From NCBI GenBank assembly GCA_028826165.1, contig JAPDFW010000096.1:124001-188000 (forward strand): a stretch of DNA of 64,000 nt, written 5' to 3'. Positions 62,026 to 64,000 of the stretch are shown here, one piece after another. The DNA is from Anaeramoeba ignava BMAN. Its lineage: Eukaryota; Protista; Anaeramoebae. The position numbers and the translations under genes were made by a program. Below the pieces are notes generated by a model, which saw nothing but the letters and a program-made list of their open reading frames with translations, was not told the origin of the DNA and searched no databases. Each line of letters begins with the position of its first letter. The stretch's first letter is position 1.

Positions 62026-64000
62026 ATGGATTCAAAATTAATTACAAATCTTGAACAAAAGCAAATAACATCAATAAACACATCAAAATCACCAATCAAA
62101 GAATACACAAAAGAGCAACTATTGTTCTTATCAAAAAACGAAACATGTCAAAAAACACCAAAAGAATTGCAAGAACTTTTCCAAAAATATCCATTTCTTA
62201 AAAATAATTTTCTTTATTCTCCAATAAATTTTTTAAATCAAAGAAATATTCCAATTTCTCACAATTTTTATTTAACCAAAAAAAAATTTGAAACTCCAAA
62301 TAAAACAGACAAATTTGAATCACATTCACCAACTGGTTTTTTTGGTTTTCCTAAAGTGCAAAAGCATGAAGAACTTTCCAATCAAAAAATTCAAAAAAAA
62401 ATTGATCCATTAACTTTGGATGGAATTGAAACATTGAGTTTAGATGAAATTGAATTAAATTTAAATAATAAAAATAAAGAATTAACAACAAAATCAAAAT
62501 CAAAATTAGAATCAAAATCAAAATCGATACCAAAATCGACACCAAAATCAAAATCAAAATCAAAATCAAAATCAAAATCAAAATTAGAACCAAAATCAGA
62601 ATCAAAATCAAAATCAAAATCAAAATTAGAATCAAAATCAAAATCAAAACCAAAATTAGAACCAAAATCAGAATCAAAACCAAAATCAAAATCAAAATCA
62701 AAATCAGAATCAAAATCAAAATCAAAATCAAAATCTAAATTAAAATCAGAATCAAAATCAAAATCAAAAACAGAATCAAATAGCTCAATAATTAAAAAAT
62801 TTGATGCAGTTGACGAAAAATCTCCAAATCAAAAAAACATTCCTGATGGAACAATTTCGCTTTTAGATCTTGAGGATTTCATTGAAAATAATGAGTCAAA
62901 TGATCCACCACAACCTTTCTATTCTCAAGAAGATATAAACAAAAATATGGCAAATCAAAATGATATTTCTAATTTTTCACAAAAAACAAAAAATAGTCCG
63001 TTAACAGATTCTATTCCAATATTAGATCTTGAAACAATTGAAAAACTTGAAACAAAAGAAACAGATGAAGCGAATCAATCACAAATATTAACTTCAAATT
63101 TATTATCACAAAGTCCAAAACCAAAACCAAAACCAAAATTCAAACCAAAACCAAAATCAGCATCACCAAAAAAAAAATTAATCAATAATTCACATAAAGA
63201 AATGTTATCAAAAAATCAAAAGGATATTCAAAAAAAACTCCAAGAAAGACAAGAATATTTAAAAAAATCTCAACAAAATGATGATAATCAACGTGGATCA
63301 CATTTTTTTCTTCCAATCCAAAATCAATTAAATCAATTAAATCAAAATCAATTAAATCAATCAAATCCAGAAAATCAATTAAATCAACAAACTCAATTTA
63401 ATCAACAAAACCTTCAACAAATTATTCCAAAAAACCAATTAAATCAACAAAATCAACAAATTCAATTAAATCAACAAATTATTCCAAAAAACCAATTAAA
63501 TCAACAAAATCTTCAACAAAATCAACAAACTCAATTTAATCAACAAATTATTCCAAAAAACCAATTAAATCAACAAATTATTCCAAAAAATCAATTAAAT
63601 CAACAAAATCAACAAATTCAATTAAATCAACAAATTATTCCAAAAAATCAATTAAATCAACAAATTCAATTAAATCAACAAAATCAATTTAATCAACAAA
63701 ACCTTCAACAAATTATTCCAAAAAACCAATTAAATCAACAAATTATTCCAAAAAATCAATTAAATCAACAAAATCAACAAATTATTCCAAAAAATCAATT
63801 AAATCAATTTAATCAACAAATTCAATTAAATCAACAAAATCAACAAAATCAAAACCTTCAACAAATTATTCCAAAAAATCAACAAAATCAACAAAATCAA
63901 CAAATTCAATTAAATCAACAAATTATTCCAAAAAATCAACTAAATCAACAAAATCAACAAATTATTCCAAAAAATCAATTAAATCAATTTAATCAACAAA
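62026..64000 (+). CDS. putative eIF4E-binding (4E-T-like) low-complexity Q/N-rich protein, 3' truncated by the window
   Basis: The frame is open from ATG 62026 to the window end and is absent from the ORF track, presumably because it has no stop. It contains YTKEQLL (YxxxxL-phi), a KS-repeat and a long NQ/QQIIPKNQL repeat. Confidence 0.7.
   Translation, partial: MDSKLITNLEQKQITSINTSKSPIKEYTKEQLLFLSKNETCQKTPKELQELFQKYPFLKNNFLYSPINFLNQRNIPISHNFYLTKKKFETPNKTDKFESHSPTGFFGFPKVQKHEELSNQKIQKKIDPLTLDGIETLSLDEIELNLNNKNKELTTKSKSKLESKSKSIPKSTPKSKSKSKSKSKSKLEPKSESKSKSKSKLESKSKSKPKLEPKSESKPKSKSKSKSESKSKSKSKSKLKSESKSKSKTESNSSIIKKFDAVDEKSPNQKNIPDGTISLLDLEDFIENNESNDPPQPFYSQEDINKNMANQNDISNFSQKTKNSPLTDSIPILDLETIEKLETKETDEANQSQILTSNLLSQSPKPKPKPKFKPKPKSASPKKKLINNSHKEMLSKNQKDIQKKLQERQEYLKKSQQNDDNQRGSHFFLPIQNQLNQLNQNQLNQSNPENQLNQQTQFNQQNLQQIIPKNQLNQQNQQIQLNQQIIPKNQLNQQNLQQNQQTQFNQQIIPKNQLNQQIIPKNQLNQQNQQIQLNQQIIPKNQLNQQIQLNQQNQFNQQNLQQIIPKNQLNQQIIPKNQLNQQNQQIIPKNQLNQFNQQIQLNQQNQQNQNLQQIIPKNQQNQQNQQIQLNQQIIPKNQLNQQNQQIIPKNQLNQFNQQ

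Noticed and set aside
1-64000. Alternative genetic code or stop-codon reassignment
   Set aside because: Long ORFs of 1000-1300 aa are open in the standard code, and TAA, TAG and TGA all terminate genes at the expected positions.
1-64000. tRNA, rRNA, transposase/RT, inteins or AT-AC (U12) introns
   Set aside because: By eye I found no cloverleaf or rRNA-like GC-rich segment, transposase or RT motif, Hint-domain signature, or ATATCC/GTATCC U12 donor. tRNAscan-SE or Infernal would be needed for certainty.

Overview
This is an extremely AT-rich, gene-dense eukaryotic window using the standard genetic code and spliceosomal GT-AG introns, plus one GC-AG intron. Base composition, a TCATTT initiator motif, N/Q hexamer tracts and gene content suggest an anaerobic protist of the metamonad (Anaeramoeba-like) type; that assignment is inference only. 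About 22 protein genes could be reconstructed by hand: BTB-BACK-TLDc, a small 4-TM protein, TFIIIC subunit 4, an orphan candidate transcription factor, Arp1/centractin, DENN, spartin-like, Gemin5, eS30, a TEY MAP kinase, three tandem Rhizobiales-like (RLPH) PPP phosphatases, Ind1/NUBPL, an RPA70-like protein, VPS50/syndetin, PIG-X/PBN1, Use1, two tandem Patched/NPC1-like genes and a 4E-T-like Q/N-rich protein that runs off the end. The leading observations are: (1) an array of RLPH-type phosphatases directly upstream of, and co-oriented with, a TxY MAPK, the substrate class known for plant RLPH2; (2) introns inflated to 0.2-2.2 kb by intron-specific A/T satellites; (3) a strand-specific TCATTT initiator and tiny bidirectional promoters; (4) a recurrent TTGATC motif in non-coding arrays. 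Several single-base frameshifts are best explained as assembly errors. Exon boundaries were read by eye, and no searches or alignments were run.
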